From the NCBI GenBank assembly GCA_028279595.1, contig JANQNK010000003.1:249087-313086 (forward strand): a stretch of DNA of 64,000 nucleotides, in the 5' to 3' direction. The translations under genes and the position numbers were made by a program. Source of the DNA: Thermoplasmatota archaeon (GTDB lineage: Archaea; Thermoplasmatota; JAKEGO01). The notes below the pieces were generated by a model. The model saw only the letters and a list, made by a program, of their open reading frames with translations. It made no database searches and had not been told where the DNA came from. Positions 11,001-20,659 of the stretch are shown piece by piece (within the stretch, counting starts at the first letter, position 1; each line of letters starts with the position of its first letter).

Positions 11001-14000
11001 GTTCATCCGGAACGATCATCACTGACGCGAGCTGGACCGTATATGCTGGCGTCGACGCCGACATCCAGTGTCCAGTTGTCATGACCTCCAATGATGTCTA
11101 TGCACGTACCTTCACGATGCACAGCTCCGATTTCACGTTCAACGACCTGATAATCAACACATCCACAAGGATGACCCAGACCAGTTACAGCAGTCATCCC
11201 ATCCACGTGACGGGGGACCTGTGGATCAACAATACCGACAACTACGACGAGTTCAACATCACCAAGGGTTTGGTGGTGGACGGCGACATCAACATCCGGA
11301 TCGGATCATTGGTCCTCAGCAATGGCGCCGAGGTTACCGTGGGCGGCGACGTGGAGCAGCTCCCCGCCAGGTGGAACGGATGGTTGCGTATATACAACGG
11401 TTCGATGGATATCGGCGGTTACTATCACTGCGACGGATGGGGTGTCGACGTGTCCTACCATGGCGGTTCGATGGACATCACTGGCCCTCTATGGATCGAC
11501 TCTCAGCTCCCGCCTGCTGGACCTGGATTCTATGTTGGACAGAAACCGGGGTACTCGTTCGATCTGACGGCGGAGTTCATCCGGATCAATGCTACCGGAT
11601 ACATGAACCTGTCCTCTGACAACACGAGGATAGTAAGTCAGGCAGATCTGATCAACCATGGTTCCCTCCGTTCATGGGGCGATGCGATGCCGGATATCGT
11701 GACATACGATGACATAGAGGGATCGGGGACCTTCAATCTCGGGCACAGTTCGATATGGTACGAGGGCGACAACGCGTTCCAGGACGTCCGCGACCTTCCC
11801 TACTGGAACCTGGTGATCAACAAGACTTCGGGAGTGGCGCGATCACAGTCCGACATCTCCGTCGAGTCCTGCCTGTTCATCATGAACGGGACCTACGACA
11901 TGAACGGCTACAAGCTCTGGGTGAACAGCAGCGGGAACAGCTTCATATGGAACGGGACGCACTACAGCGGTTTCGTCAACTATGGAGGCATCCTGTTCTA
12001 CCAGACCTCCGACGAGGAGCTCCACGTGAACGGACCGGTCTCATGGGGACCTGGTGTGAACCAGACCTTCGACATGGGGACGATCTACGTCAACGGCTCC
12101 TGGGAGTTCATGGCAGGGTCCCAGGTCAACCTCACGGGAACCCACCTCGTCTACTTCTGGGGTCGAAACTGGTTCGGACCGTATATCTCATGGGCGCCGA
12201 TCTACTCGAACAGCACGACGAGTTGGTTCAACGACATCACAATCGACAGGGACTTCGGTTTTGGACAGTACACTTCGGAGAAGTCAACGGAAACCGTCGT
12301 CGTCAAAGGTGACATGGACCATGACGGTGGATTGTTCGAGATCTATGCGTCCACGATGTACGTGGTCGGGAATGTCGATAACAGGGGCCAGTCGTTCTAC
12401 GTGGAAGGGACCACGGTCTTTGGGAACGCATCCCTGACGGTCGATGGTGACTTCTACTCACAGTCCGGCTCCTCACTCAATGTCTTCGGTAGTGCATCAT
12501 ATGCCTGGTCAAGGATGACCTGCAGCTATCTCTACGTGAACGGCTCACTCAATCTGAAGTCCTACTCATCGGTGCACGCTGGCGAGAACATCTGGATATC
12601 CGGCTCCATCGACTACGACCAAGCGGGCTTCCAGTGGGCCGAGGTGATATCCGACGGGAACATATACGTCAGTTCTCCTGGCAACGTCGACATGAGCGGT
12701 ATCGGGAGGTCCCATCTCAACACGACATCGGGATTCATCGTGGTCTACAACGGAGCCACCCTCGACCTGAGGGGCAATGCCCAGGTGACCGCGTGGACCC
12801 ATTTCCACCCATACGGGACCGTCATCTGCACCGGATGGTGGCCCGAGATCAATGTCGGCAACGCTTGGTATTCCGATACCTCCGGCGACTTCAGGCCCGG
12901 CTGGAGCCAGGTCACCTTCTTCAAGGCGGGGACGTCATACATCAAGGACACCGAGGACTTCGCAGACATAATCCTCAACAAGACCTCTGGACTCCTTTAC
13001 CTCTACGATGGGGACCTGAACTGCACGGACCTGGACATCGAGAGTGGAACCTTCGACCTCAATGGATACAACCTGACGGTCACTGACGACCTCACCGTCT
13101 GGGGGTCCCTCGAGATGGACCACGACGGATGGATAAACGTGACACACGAGGTCAACTGGATGAACGGGAGCACCGAGGATATCACCAACGGAACGATCCA
13201 GTGCGACGGCCTGTGGTACATCGAGGACGGAGCCGACATGACCTTCGAGTACCCGGTACACGTCTACCTGAACGCGTCCACGGACGTGATCGTGGACGAT
13301 CCCGACTCGTACTTCGACAACCTCACGTTCAGGCTCATGGGTGGTGGATTGACCGCTTACATCAACGGGACCGAGGCATTGAACGCCACAAGCGTGCTCA
13401 AGATCGATGACAAGGTGACCGTCCGCCTCATCGGAGGGAGCATAGAGGCCACGCAACTCTTGCTCTACTACGCAAGCGAGTTGAACGTTTCGTCGCCGGA
13501 TTCGACACTCCACGTTTGGGATTATCTGTACATGGACAGCTTTACCGAACTGATGCTGGACAACGGATCCTACGCGATGGTCCAGGACTTCTTCCCGGCT
13601 CAGGACATCTACGTGATGAACGGATCGAACCTGACCGTGGTCGACGACCTCATCGGCGGCAGGATCCTCTCAAGGGATGGCGATGTGTACATCGATGATG
13701 GTGCTTCGACCTCATTGAACACCAAGGGACGATTCCACAACCTGACGTTCGGCGGGGGAGCCTCGGTCTACGCGAGGATGTGGATAGGAGGTGACCTGCG
13801 GATACTGGGAGGAACTGTCTACCCGCAGGACAATGACGTCGGTATCCTCGGTGATTACTATTGTTCGAAGACGGCTGCATTCCGGCCGGCGAACGGGAGC
13901 AGGTTGGTGTTCAACGGCACAGGGAGACAGTTCATGGAGACCGGCGGTACGGACTCCAACCACGAACTCTGGGACCTGATAATCAATCACACGACACTGA

Positions 14001-15292
14001 TAGTCCAGAACGGTTCGCTCTCCGTCAAGAACAACATTACTGTCATGGACCTCTCCATGCTCTGGATAAAAGCGGACAACATGACATTGTACACCGGTGA
14101 GGACGGCCTATGGAATGACGGCTCCTTCCTCTTCGAAGGCCCGAAAGGGAAGAACTCGATCGTGTTCTACGCCGGGACCAATGTGACGACCGATGGCTAC
14201 TTCGTCATCACGGGGAACCCGACCTACAGGACGATAGTCAGATCGTCATCTGCGGGCACCCAGTGGAATTTCAACGATTCGACCCCCGAGCAGTCCTTGC
14301 CATCGTTCGATCGCATCCGGGTCCGGGATTCGGATGCCACCTCCGGAGACACCATCTACGCTGACGGGACGAGCGTCGATGCTGGCAACAATGACAACTG
14401 GGCCTTCGGGAAGCCGCTGACCCTGGACCTGTCGGGACTCGAGGGTCAATACGCGAACCTGACTGTCGAGCAACAGGGCCTTACGACCTACGTCTACCTT
14501 ACGGACGGTATCACCGAGTCCTGGGCCGACAGCGGCACGACAGCGACTCTCGTGGAAGAGTACTCCGTTTCATCGACAGAGAGGTATTACACCGAGGACA
14601 CCACATCATGGTCGATGTCCGGGAACGTCTCTGCGAGCGTGACCTTCTATAGACAGTGGAAGCCGACGATCACTCTTGACGGAACCGACGCGAGCCACAC
14701 AGTGACGGCGTATTACACGGTCCTGGGTGGCAATTCGAGCCAATCGGGCCAGCACACCTCCTGGTCCAGGTGGGTGGACAACGGTTCAGCACTGAGCTTC
14801 GACGAGTTCGCGACCGGTGATCCCGAAAGGCACACGGGCGAGGATTTCGACATCCCGCCATGGGATCCGTTGACATCCGCTCTGGTCTACACTCTCGACT
14901 ACGCCGAGAACGAGGTCCCGGAGCTCCACAACGGGAACATGGACCCCGCTAGCGGGAACCTCTCGACGCTGTTCAACTTCACCGTCGAGTACTGGGACTC
15001 GAACGATGACGCGCCATTGTTCGTCTACGTCAACATCGACGGCACCAACTACACGATGAACAAGACCGACCGGAGCGACCACGACTACACCGACGGTTGC
15101 GAGTACCACTACGAGACCTACCTCTCCGGTGGCGACCACGACTACTACTTCATTGCGAACGACACGTATTCGACGAACCAGACGGCGATGGAGAGCACTG
15201 GAACGGTCATTCCCGAATTCGGTCCGACCGTGGTCATCGTATCGATGATGGCCGTCGGCGTCGCCGTGATCTGGAGGCGTAGACGCCGGTAG
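8096..15292 (+). CDS. Giant PEF-CTERM surface glycoprotein (2398 aa), paralog of flanking genes
   Basis: Signal peptide MRMLRAILCLMLVLAVVVVLAPMSAEA. N-terminal WTGSTNTAWAQGNNWNPTGVP motif. Same internal repeats as gene 1. Ends VIPEFG-TM-WRRRRR. Confidence 0.92.
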   Translation: MRMLRAILCLMLVLAVVVVLAPMSAEAETKVWTGSTNTAWAQGNNWNPTGVPGSTDVVYIPDVSNDPVVQADATVKMVQINDSAVLTIDGATFNVTNRIIIKSDVADGSLELSNDLNGVNVESIYNYGSILVNSGRTPMVNLSHLYSYSGSTIKSGFSTFTFVGAGNNTAYMDVIDPLYNVIIDAPTATLMMNGTYGLDADGQFRIIDGKLDPTGKEMVVSYLYCYDEIEMETGDWLHVTGDANFYNGSYLHGDNGTLTIDDDLYIGRGSTIELEGSHHFNITEFHWGSNLNLHEDSAQFNDVTIDKGYGHVALNTNMTINGTLTVSRGVFKVIDVDSLSVRYLVVHSNGHVQQSRDSNVTVTEDVSLYSGSRYELGNGTNDWHGGSLAIGRDIDISGRLWLFGRGGEIVLTRHMRIYGSGNLTFYGGNLTTVGPSSGAYTYGGSDTYIHSSNTTITFDTYTHYAGCRWWVNRSASPTIVFKSYIYNAGTVTAYTPGLSTIVAYGNYVASNLDSDIPVRNLVINKTSGHFKPSYGPGTLNISGSLLLIDGELDIRGEEGYNIVVNGSDGIMHEGQMYRGFANIGGELLMETWNDSLEVSGGVYWGPDSEATVDTGWIHCRGNWTFAAGSSINLTGNNTVRFFGGMMGYSYQLWMNSSASSFCNVLHGMGMTSSFVNGTVPMVIDNNLTFTSLNAMFVEDGAELIVWGDANVTSILYVNEGGDVYIHGNLTVAGGPGRLDFGLNSTSDYGGSLHVNGWMSVWNPVNFYMDGGNLTVDGNATIHRTGYIMFKTHGGNMSAGNISINDGGALRIYTTNTTIDTAQLRSYGELNISNSVRPVLRISGRFNWLNGDFRLGRSEVRAVGTSDQRFEDSHPYWGLVIDKPSGNLTFEAPFPIVAQSYIGVAQGTLAVGGYTIQCEGEGSFGTDGYVIGVNRYPGFIMDGGVLDMNHTSGVLEVDRFLRWFDGTANGSSGTIITDASWTVYAGVDADIQCPVVMTSNDVYARTFTMHSSDFTFNDLIINTSTRMTQTSYSSHPIHVTGDLWINNTDNYDEFNITKGLVVDGDINIRIGSLVLSNGAEVTVGGDVEQLPARWNGWLRIYNGSMDIGGYYHCDGWGVDVSYHGGSMDITGPLWIDSQLPPAGPGFYVGQKPGYSFDLTAEFIRINATGYMNLSSDNTRIVSQADLINHGSLRSWGDAMPDIVTYDDIEGSGTFNLGHSSIWYEGDNAFQDVRDLPYWNLVINKTSGVARSQSDISVESCLFIMNGTYDMNGYKLWVNSSGNSFIWNGTHYSGFVNYGGILFYQTSDEELHVNGPVSWGPGVNQTFDMGTIYVNGSWEFMAGSQVNLTGTHLVYFWGRNWFGPYISWAPIYSNSTTSWFNDITIDRDFGFGQYTSEKSTETVVVKGDMDHDGGLFEIYASTMYVVGNVDNRGQSFYVEGTTVFGNASLTVDGDFYSQSGSSLNVFGSASYAWSRMTCSYLYVNGSLNLKSYSSVHAGENIWISGSIDYDQAGFQWAEVISDGNIYVSSPGNVDMSGIGRSHLNTTSGFIVVYNGATLDLRGNAQVTAWTHFHPYGTVICTGWWPEINVGNAWYSDTSGDFRPGWSQVTFFKAGTSYIKDTEDFADIILNKTSGLLYLYDGDLNCTDLDIESGTFDLNGYNLTVTDDLTVWGSLEMDHDGWINVTHEVNWMNGSTEDITNGTIQCDGLWYIEDGADMTFEYPVHVYLNASTDVIVDDPDSYFDNLTFRLMGGGLTAYINGTEALNATSVLKIDDKVTVRLIGGSIEATQLLLYYASELNVSSPDSTLHVWDYLYMDSFTELMLDNGSYAMVQDFFPAQDIYVMNGSNLTVVDDLIGGRILSRDGDVYIDDGASTSLNTKGRFHNLTFGGGASVYARMWIGGDLRILGGTVYPQDNDVGILGDYYCSKTAAFRPANGSRLVFNGTGRQFMETGGTDSNHELWDLIINHTTLIVQNGSLSVKNNITVMDLSMLWIKADNMTLYTGEDGLWNDGSFLFEGPKGKNSIVFYAGTNVTTDGYFVITGNPTYRTIVRSSSAGTQWNFNDSTPEQSLPSFDRIRVRDSDATSGDTIYADGTSVDAGNNDNWAFGKPLTLDLSGLEGQYANLTVEQQGLTTYVYLTDGITESWADSGTTATLVEEYSVSSTERYYTEDTTSWSMSGNVSASVTFYRQWKPTITLDGTDASHTVTAYYTVLGGNSSQSGQHTSWSRWVDNGSALSFDEFATGDPERHTGEDFDIPPWDPLTSALVYTLDYAENEVPELHNGNMDPASGNLSTLFNFTVEYWDSNDDAPLFVYVNIDGTNYTMNKTDRSDHDYTDGCEYHYETYLSGGDHDYYFIANDTYSTNQTAMESTGTVIPEFGPTVVIVSMMAVGVAVIWRRRRR

Positions 15293-15375
15293 ACCAGTAC
15301 CGATACGGTCAAAATGACCCAGGACCCCGATCCGGAGGAATTACACCTGTCCAGTCATGTCAAGTACTTGCAGTA

Positions 15376-15386
15376 AGCATAAATAC
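15376..15386 (+). promoter_or_regulatory. Putative TATA box of the third PEF-CTERM gene
   Basis: agcATAAATAc about 75 bp upstream of ATG 15460, with a GGGTGA RBS at 15450-15455. Confidence 0.5.
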
Positions 15387-15459
15387 AGCCAGGTCGATAT
15401 CTCAAGACGACTGGACCCGGGGCGACTGAACGTGGGTCCTGTCATGAATGGGTGATCAG

Positions 15460-18400
15460 ATGCGTGGATGGAGACATTTTGGATTCGTATTGATAGTGAT
15501 AGCGGCCCTCACAGTATTGGCCCTGCCAGCGGTCGAGGGCGAGATCAAGGATTGGACCGGCACGACGAACTCGAACTGGGGGACCGCCTCCAACTGGGAC
15601 CCCTCCGGGGTTCCGACGTCGTCGGACAACATCTACATCGACGACCAGACGAACGATCCGGTCATTCAGACTGATGCTGTGGCATATGGCATCTACATAA
15701 ATGGGTCCGGGATCCTGGACATCGACGGTGCGACCCTGAACGGCAGTTACATACAGGTAGAGGACGGGGGCACGCTCGACCTGACCAACGACGCGACGAT
15801 CGTCAACCTTCGTCAGAGCCTTCACCTCTACGGGAAGCTCGATTGCGGAGCTTCCAACACACCCGAGATCAACCTCAGGCGCATCTACATGACCTCCACG
15901 TCATCGACCAGTCCAGGCTGGTCGACGGTTACCTTTGTCGGAGGAAACCCTGGAAGTGTCTTCAACAACGGATACGAGGAGCTGTGGGACGTTGTGATCG
16001 ACGAGGACACCGCGGTCAATGTCACCAGTGGAGACCTCATCATATTGAACGACTTCACTATAACCAATGGCTCCTTCGACCCTAACGGTCATCTCGTGGA
16101 GGTCGGGGATAACCTCCGATGCTTCGACAGGATAGTCATGAACGATCTCGACGACAACATATCGATCGATGGCAGGTCATACTTCTATTCTGGATCGAAC
16201 CTCTCCGGCGACGATGGTGTACTCCATCTGAAGGATTGGACTACGTTCGAGATCGGCTCGAAGGCGAACTTCACAGGGAAACATATGCTACTGTCCACAG
16301 GAGCGGGGGATATATACTACGACATCTGGAGCCCCGATGTCAGGTTCAACAATGTCACGACCAACAAATCGAGCTCCTTCGTGGCCGTTAGAGGGTACCT
16401 GTGGGTCCACGAGACGATCACGGTCGAGTATGGGTATTTCTATGTTCTCTACGGAGGCAATCCTTACAATGTTACGACGACCAATCTGACGATCCAGGAC
16501 AATGGGATCTTCTATCTCTACCAGTGGGCCACTGTGAACGTGACGAACGACATCGACATTCTCGACGGAGGAGAGATCATCCTCGGTCGGAGCACAACAT
16601 GGGGCGGGACGTTGAACGCGAACAATGACATCTTTAGCTTCGGGGATATCACCTTCCAGACCGGTGGCGGCAATCTCAACGTGGGTGATGACCTGTTCAT
16701 CTACTCAACAGCGAACGTCACCATGCACGCGGGAAATATCACGGGAACGACGGACACCATCCTTTATCTCTATGGCGATCTCTACATCAATACCAACGAT
16801 ACCACGGTCTACTTCCACAATTGGTACATCTACGGTTCCAGCCAGATGTGGGTGGCAAACCAGGCGACCCCGGAGCTCCAGTGGTCCGGCATGATCTACG
16901 AGCAGGGATCGCCGAACGTGTGGCATCCCGGTCACAGCACGTTCATGGCGGTCGGTGTCAACTTCCCTGCTATCGACGCGAGGTTCTCATATTACGGTGT
17001 CGGCGTCAATCTGACGTCCGGCTTCATGGCACCGGGATACGACGATATCCTGTACATCGATAGCCATCTGGTCATCATCAACGGTGCGTTCCGGATGAAT
17101 GATAGGACAGTTCGTATCAACGGGTCCGGGTCCTACATGTACGATGGCATGGAATACACGGGATTCGCGAACATCGGCGGCGAGCTGACCATGGAGAGCG
17201 ACGACGAGTACCTGATGTCATATGGTCACGGCGGCGTCTACTGGGGCCCTGACAGCACCTCGGACGTCGATGCCGGTTCCATCAACTGCTCCGGCGATTG
17301 GGTGTTCGCAGCGGGTTCGGACGCAAACCTCAGGGGTACGAACATGGTAAGACAGCAGGACCTCGGGGTCGAGTCCACCTATTGGATCAACTCCTCGGAC
17401 AGCAGCTTCCAGAACGTCACCATCAATTCGATATTCGCCGCCTCGCATCTGAACGGGACGGAGACCATGGTGGTCAAGGGCGATCTCACGATAAACGGAC
17501 TTACCGCCTTCGTGGTCGACGGCAACGATCTCGAGGTCCAGGGTGACCTCAACGGGACCGGCGGGAATCTGTGGGTCCTCGGAACTGACAATTCGGTCGA
17601 GGTCCAGGGGGATGCGTACATGATGGGTAGTTCCCTGAACCTGGGTCAGGCCTCCTCCTCGAGCGAGGGTGGGACCGTCGAGATCGATGGATATCTCTCG
17701 ATCGACGAGGGTCTCAACTTCGAGGAGGGAGAGGGCGAGGTCACAGTAGGCGAGACACTGTTCGTATCATCGACCGGGGTCGTCTCCTTCGATGGTACGA
17801 AAGGGACGCTCACAGCAGGGAGCATGATCTTGAACAGTTCGAGCGACGTCAACCTCACCGGTTCAGGTGAATACGTGATCAACGTCCTGGGCGACCTGAG
17901 GATAAACGGAGTCCTCAACATGACCAACGATAACGCAATCCTGAGGGTCGGCGGTGACCTGATCCTCCCCGATGGCCATCTGGACTGCGGCCCCAAGTAC
18001 GAGCCCGAGATATTCATTGGCGGCGACTTCGACTGGCTGTTCGGAGGTCTTAACTTCACCGCGGGTCACAGCACCGTGTTCATCGATGGATCCGGCGACC
18101 AGAAGATTGACAACGACTTCCGCTTCTACGGTCTGGTCGTGAACAAGACCGGCGGTGAGATGTACTTCGAATGGAGCCATCCCGGCGATCGGGACATCCC
18201 GAAGTTCGAGTCCTTCTTCTTCATCGAGGCGGGCACCTTCAACATGAGGAACACGAGCATCAGGGTCTGCGGCAACGGGTCCGGTTACCAGGGAGTCGCA
18301 CTCTACACCGGGTTCGTGAACCTGGGCGGCCACTTCGTAATGCAGAATGGATCGTCCACCCTAGAGGCTTTCGAGGACATCCTCTGGGGTTCCACTGCGA

Positions 18401-20562
18401 CCGGGAACGTGACCAACGGGACAATCGTCGCCCATGACAACTGGATCGTCCAGGGCAACGGATACATGGAGCTCGGCGGCGACAATCTGGTCTTCCACAA
18501 GGGTGGCGATACTTCCCTGTTCAATTTCGTCGGCGAAGCCATCTTCAACAACTTCACGATGCGGAAGTGGTCGGACAACTACGAGACCTTGATCGTCGGT
18601 GAGGGCGGGATGAACGTCACGAATCTACTGAACATCTATGGCGATTCCAACATGGAGGTCAGATCGAAGCTGGAAGCTACCTACATCGACCTGTATGGTA
18701 ACTCCCTCCTCAACATGTCTTTCAACGTCAGCGAGCTGCGCGTCTGGGAGACGATCGAAACGAGCTCGGGTGCGGAGGTCCGCGTGGGAGACAACGCATA
18801 TGCGATGACCCGGAACATCACTGGAAGCGGGGACATATACCTTGGAACGAACACGAACCTGACGCTACGTCAGAACATGTGGATGAATCCGACCACAACA
18901 CTGTATCCCGGAATGTCCACTGTCTATTTCGGAGGCAAGAACACCACACAGGTACGACTATACAACGGTGGCTTCTACAATGTGATCGTCGCCAAATACC
19001 GGATCGGGAACAGGGCCGTCCTCATGTATACTGCTTCGGATTACTACATCGACGGGAACCTGACCCTGAGGAACGGTACCTTCTACTCAAATGGACGGAT
19101 CTTCCACCTTAAGGGCAACTTTGATAACAACGGATGGTGCAGGTTCGATCCATCCCCGAGCGGATACTTCGTCTTCGACGGTGGTGGTACTCAGTACATC
19201 CAGACGGGCGGGGACTTCGGTAATGTCGGATTCGAGGACCTGAGGGTGGAGTCGTCGACCCAGGTTATCGTCCAGAACTACTCGATGAGGATCGATGGAA
19301 TACTCCTGATAGAGGGCGGTTCGGCGTACCAGTTCAAGTCAGAGGATGGTACGCTCACTCTAGGAGACCGCGGAATGTTCAATGATGGAACGTTCCATGT
19401 ATGGCCCTCCTCCGGTAAGGGAAAGTTCGTCGTGACGGCCGGAACGACCGTGACGAACAATGCGACGATGTACCTCGTGGGAAACACCGAACAAGCGCCA
19501 CTTCGCATCAGGTCCTCCTCGGACGGGACTCAATGGAACCTCGAGGACAACACCGCATCAGATCAACAACCTCACGTTCAGCGTGCCCTTGTCAAGGATT
19601 CCGACGCCAGCGGCGGGAACACAATCTATACATGGATGTACTGCGTGGACCAGGGCAATAACGAAAACTGGGTGTTCTCCCATCCGTTGACGATATACAT
19701 CACCGGGCTCGAGGGACACGACGTCAATCTCACCTGGACCCAGAGGAACTCCACCGGTTCGGCACCGATTTCCTTTTCGGTCCTCGTGTTCTCGGACAAC
19801 GACACCACCGCATCTATCGAGGACCTCTATACTGTATCATCCACCGAACGGTACTACACCGAGGATACGACGTCATGGGACGTGACTGATAACACGACCG
19901 TCTATGTCAACTTCTACAGACAGTGGAAACCGACGATCACCCTTGATGGCACCGATGCATCTCACACCGTATCCGCATACTACACGGCTCTCGGTGGGAA
20001 CACCAGCCAGAGCGGACAGCACACGTCCTGGTCGAGGTGGTGCGACAACGGTTCCAGACTATCGTTCAGCAAGGACGCCACCGGATCTCCGCCGAGCCAC
20101 ACCAGCGAGGACTTCACAAGGGACCCATGGGACCCGCTAACGTCGGCACTCGTGAAGACCGTCTACTACGAAGGGAACGTCAAACCGGAGCTGAAGAACG
20201 GCACCATGGACCCGTCCGGCGGCAACCTGACGACGGTATTCAACTTCACCGTGGAGTATTGGGATGACAACAACGATATCCCGCTGTTCGTCTACGTGAA
20301 CATAGACGGCACGAACTACTCGATGGAGAAGGTCCAGAAGGGCGACCACGATTACACCGACGGTTGCGAATACTACTACGAGACCAAGCTGTCCGGCGGC
20401 GACCACGACTACTACTTCATCTGCAACGACTCTTACGAGACGACCCAGACCTCGTCCGAATCCACGGGCACGATAGTTCCGGAGTTCGGGATGCTGACGG
20501 TATTGATCTCGGTCATGATGGTCGGCGTCGCTGTCATGTGGAGGCGCCGTAGAAGACATTGA
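15460..20562 (+). CDS. Giant PEF-CTERM surface glycoprotein (about 1700 aa), paralog
   Basis: ATG 15460 follows GGGTGA (the ORF track starts at 15448). Signal peptide, WTGTTNSNWGTASNWDPSGVP motif, same repeats. Ends IVPEFG-TM-WRRRRRH. Confidence 0.92.
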   Translation: MRGWRHFGFVLIVIAALTVLALPAVEGEIKDWTGTTNSNWGTASNWDPSGVPTSSDNIYIDDQTNDPVIQTDAVAYGIYINGSGILDIDGATLNGSYIQVEDGGTLDLTNDATIVNLRQSLHLYGKLDCGASNTPEINLRRIYMTSTSSTSPGWSTVTFVGGNPGSVFNNGYEELWDVVIDEDTAVNVTSGDLIILNDFTITNGSFDPNGHLVEVGDNLRCFDRIVMNDLDDNISIDGRSYFYSGSNLSGDDGVLHLKDWTTFEIGSKANFTGKHMLLSTGAGDIYYDIWSPDVRFNNVTTNKSSSFVAVRGYLWVHETITVEYGYFYVLYGGNPYNVTTTNLTIQDNGIFYLYQWATVNVTNDIDILDGGEIILGRSTTWGGTLNANNDIFSFGDITFQTGGGNLNVGDDLFIYSTANVTMHAGNITGTTDTILYLYGDLYINTNDTTVYFHNWYIYGSSQMWVANQATPELQWSGMIYEQGSPNVWHPGHSTFMAVGVNFPAIDARFSYYGVGVNLTSGFMAPGYDDILYIDSHLVIINGAFRMNDRTVRINGSGSYMYDGMEYTGFANIGGELTMESDDEYLMSYGHGGVYWGPDSTSDVDAGSINCSGDWVFAAGSDANLRGTNMVRQQDLGVESTYWINSSDSSFQNVTINSIFAASHLNGTETMVVKGDLTINGLTAFVVDGNDLEVQGDLNGTGGNLWVLGTDNSVEVQGDAYMMGSSLNLGQASSSSEGGTVEIDGYLSIDEGLNFEEGEGEVTVGETLFVSSTGVVSFDGTKGTLTAGSMILNSSSDVNLTGSGEYVINVLGDLRINGVLNMTNDNAILRVGGDLILPDGHLDCGPKYEPEIFIGGDFDWLFGGLNFTAGHSTVFIDGSGDQKIDNDFRFYGLVVNKTGGEMYFEWSHPGDRDIPKFESFFFIEAGTFNMRNTSIRVCGNGSGYQGVALYTGFVNLGGHFVMQNGSSTLEAFEDILWGSTATGNVTNGTIVAHDNWIVQGNGYMELGGDNLVFHKGGDTSLFNFVGEAIFNNFTMRKWSDNYETLIVGEGGMNVTNLLNIYGDSNMEVRSKLEATYIDLYGNSLLNMSFNVSELRVWETIETSSGAEVRVGDNAYAMTRNITGSGDIYLGTNTNLTLRQNMWMNPTTTLYPGMSTVYFGGKNTTQVRLYNGGFYNVIVAKYRIGNRAVLMYTASDYYIDGNLTLRNGTFYSNGRIFHLKGNFDNNGWCRFDPSPSGYFVFDGGGTQYIQTGGDFGNVGFEDLRVESSTQVIVQNYSMRIDGILLIEGGSAYQFKSEDGTLTLGDRGMFNDGTFHVWPSSGKGKFVVTAGTTVTNNATMYLVGNTEQAPLRIRSSSDGTQWNLEDNTASDQQPHVQRALVKDSDASGGNTIYTWMYCVDQGNNENWVFSHPLTIYITGLEGHDVNLTWTQRNSTGSAPISFSVLVFSDNDTTASIEDLYTVSSTERYYTEDTTSWDVTDNTTVYVNFYRQWKPTITLDGTDASHTVSAYYTALGGNTSQSGQHTSWSRWCDNGSRLSFSKDATGSPPSHTSEDFTRDPWDPLTSALVKTVYYEGNVKPELKNGTMDPSGGNLTTVFNFTVEYWDDNNDIPLFVYVNIDGTNYSMEKVQKGDHDYTDGCEYYYETKLSGGDHDYYFICNDSYETTQTSSESTGTIVPEFGMLTVLISVMMVGVAVMWRRRRRH

Positions 20563-20659
20563 TTTCCGACCGATCAGCGTCCGTGATCATACGTACGAGC
20601 TGCACATTTCAGTGGACACCATTATTAACGCTAATCACACTCACCGTATTGGTGTTAGA

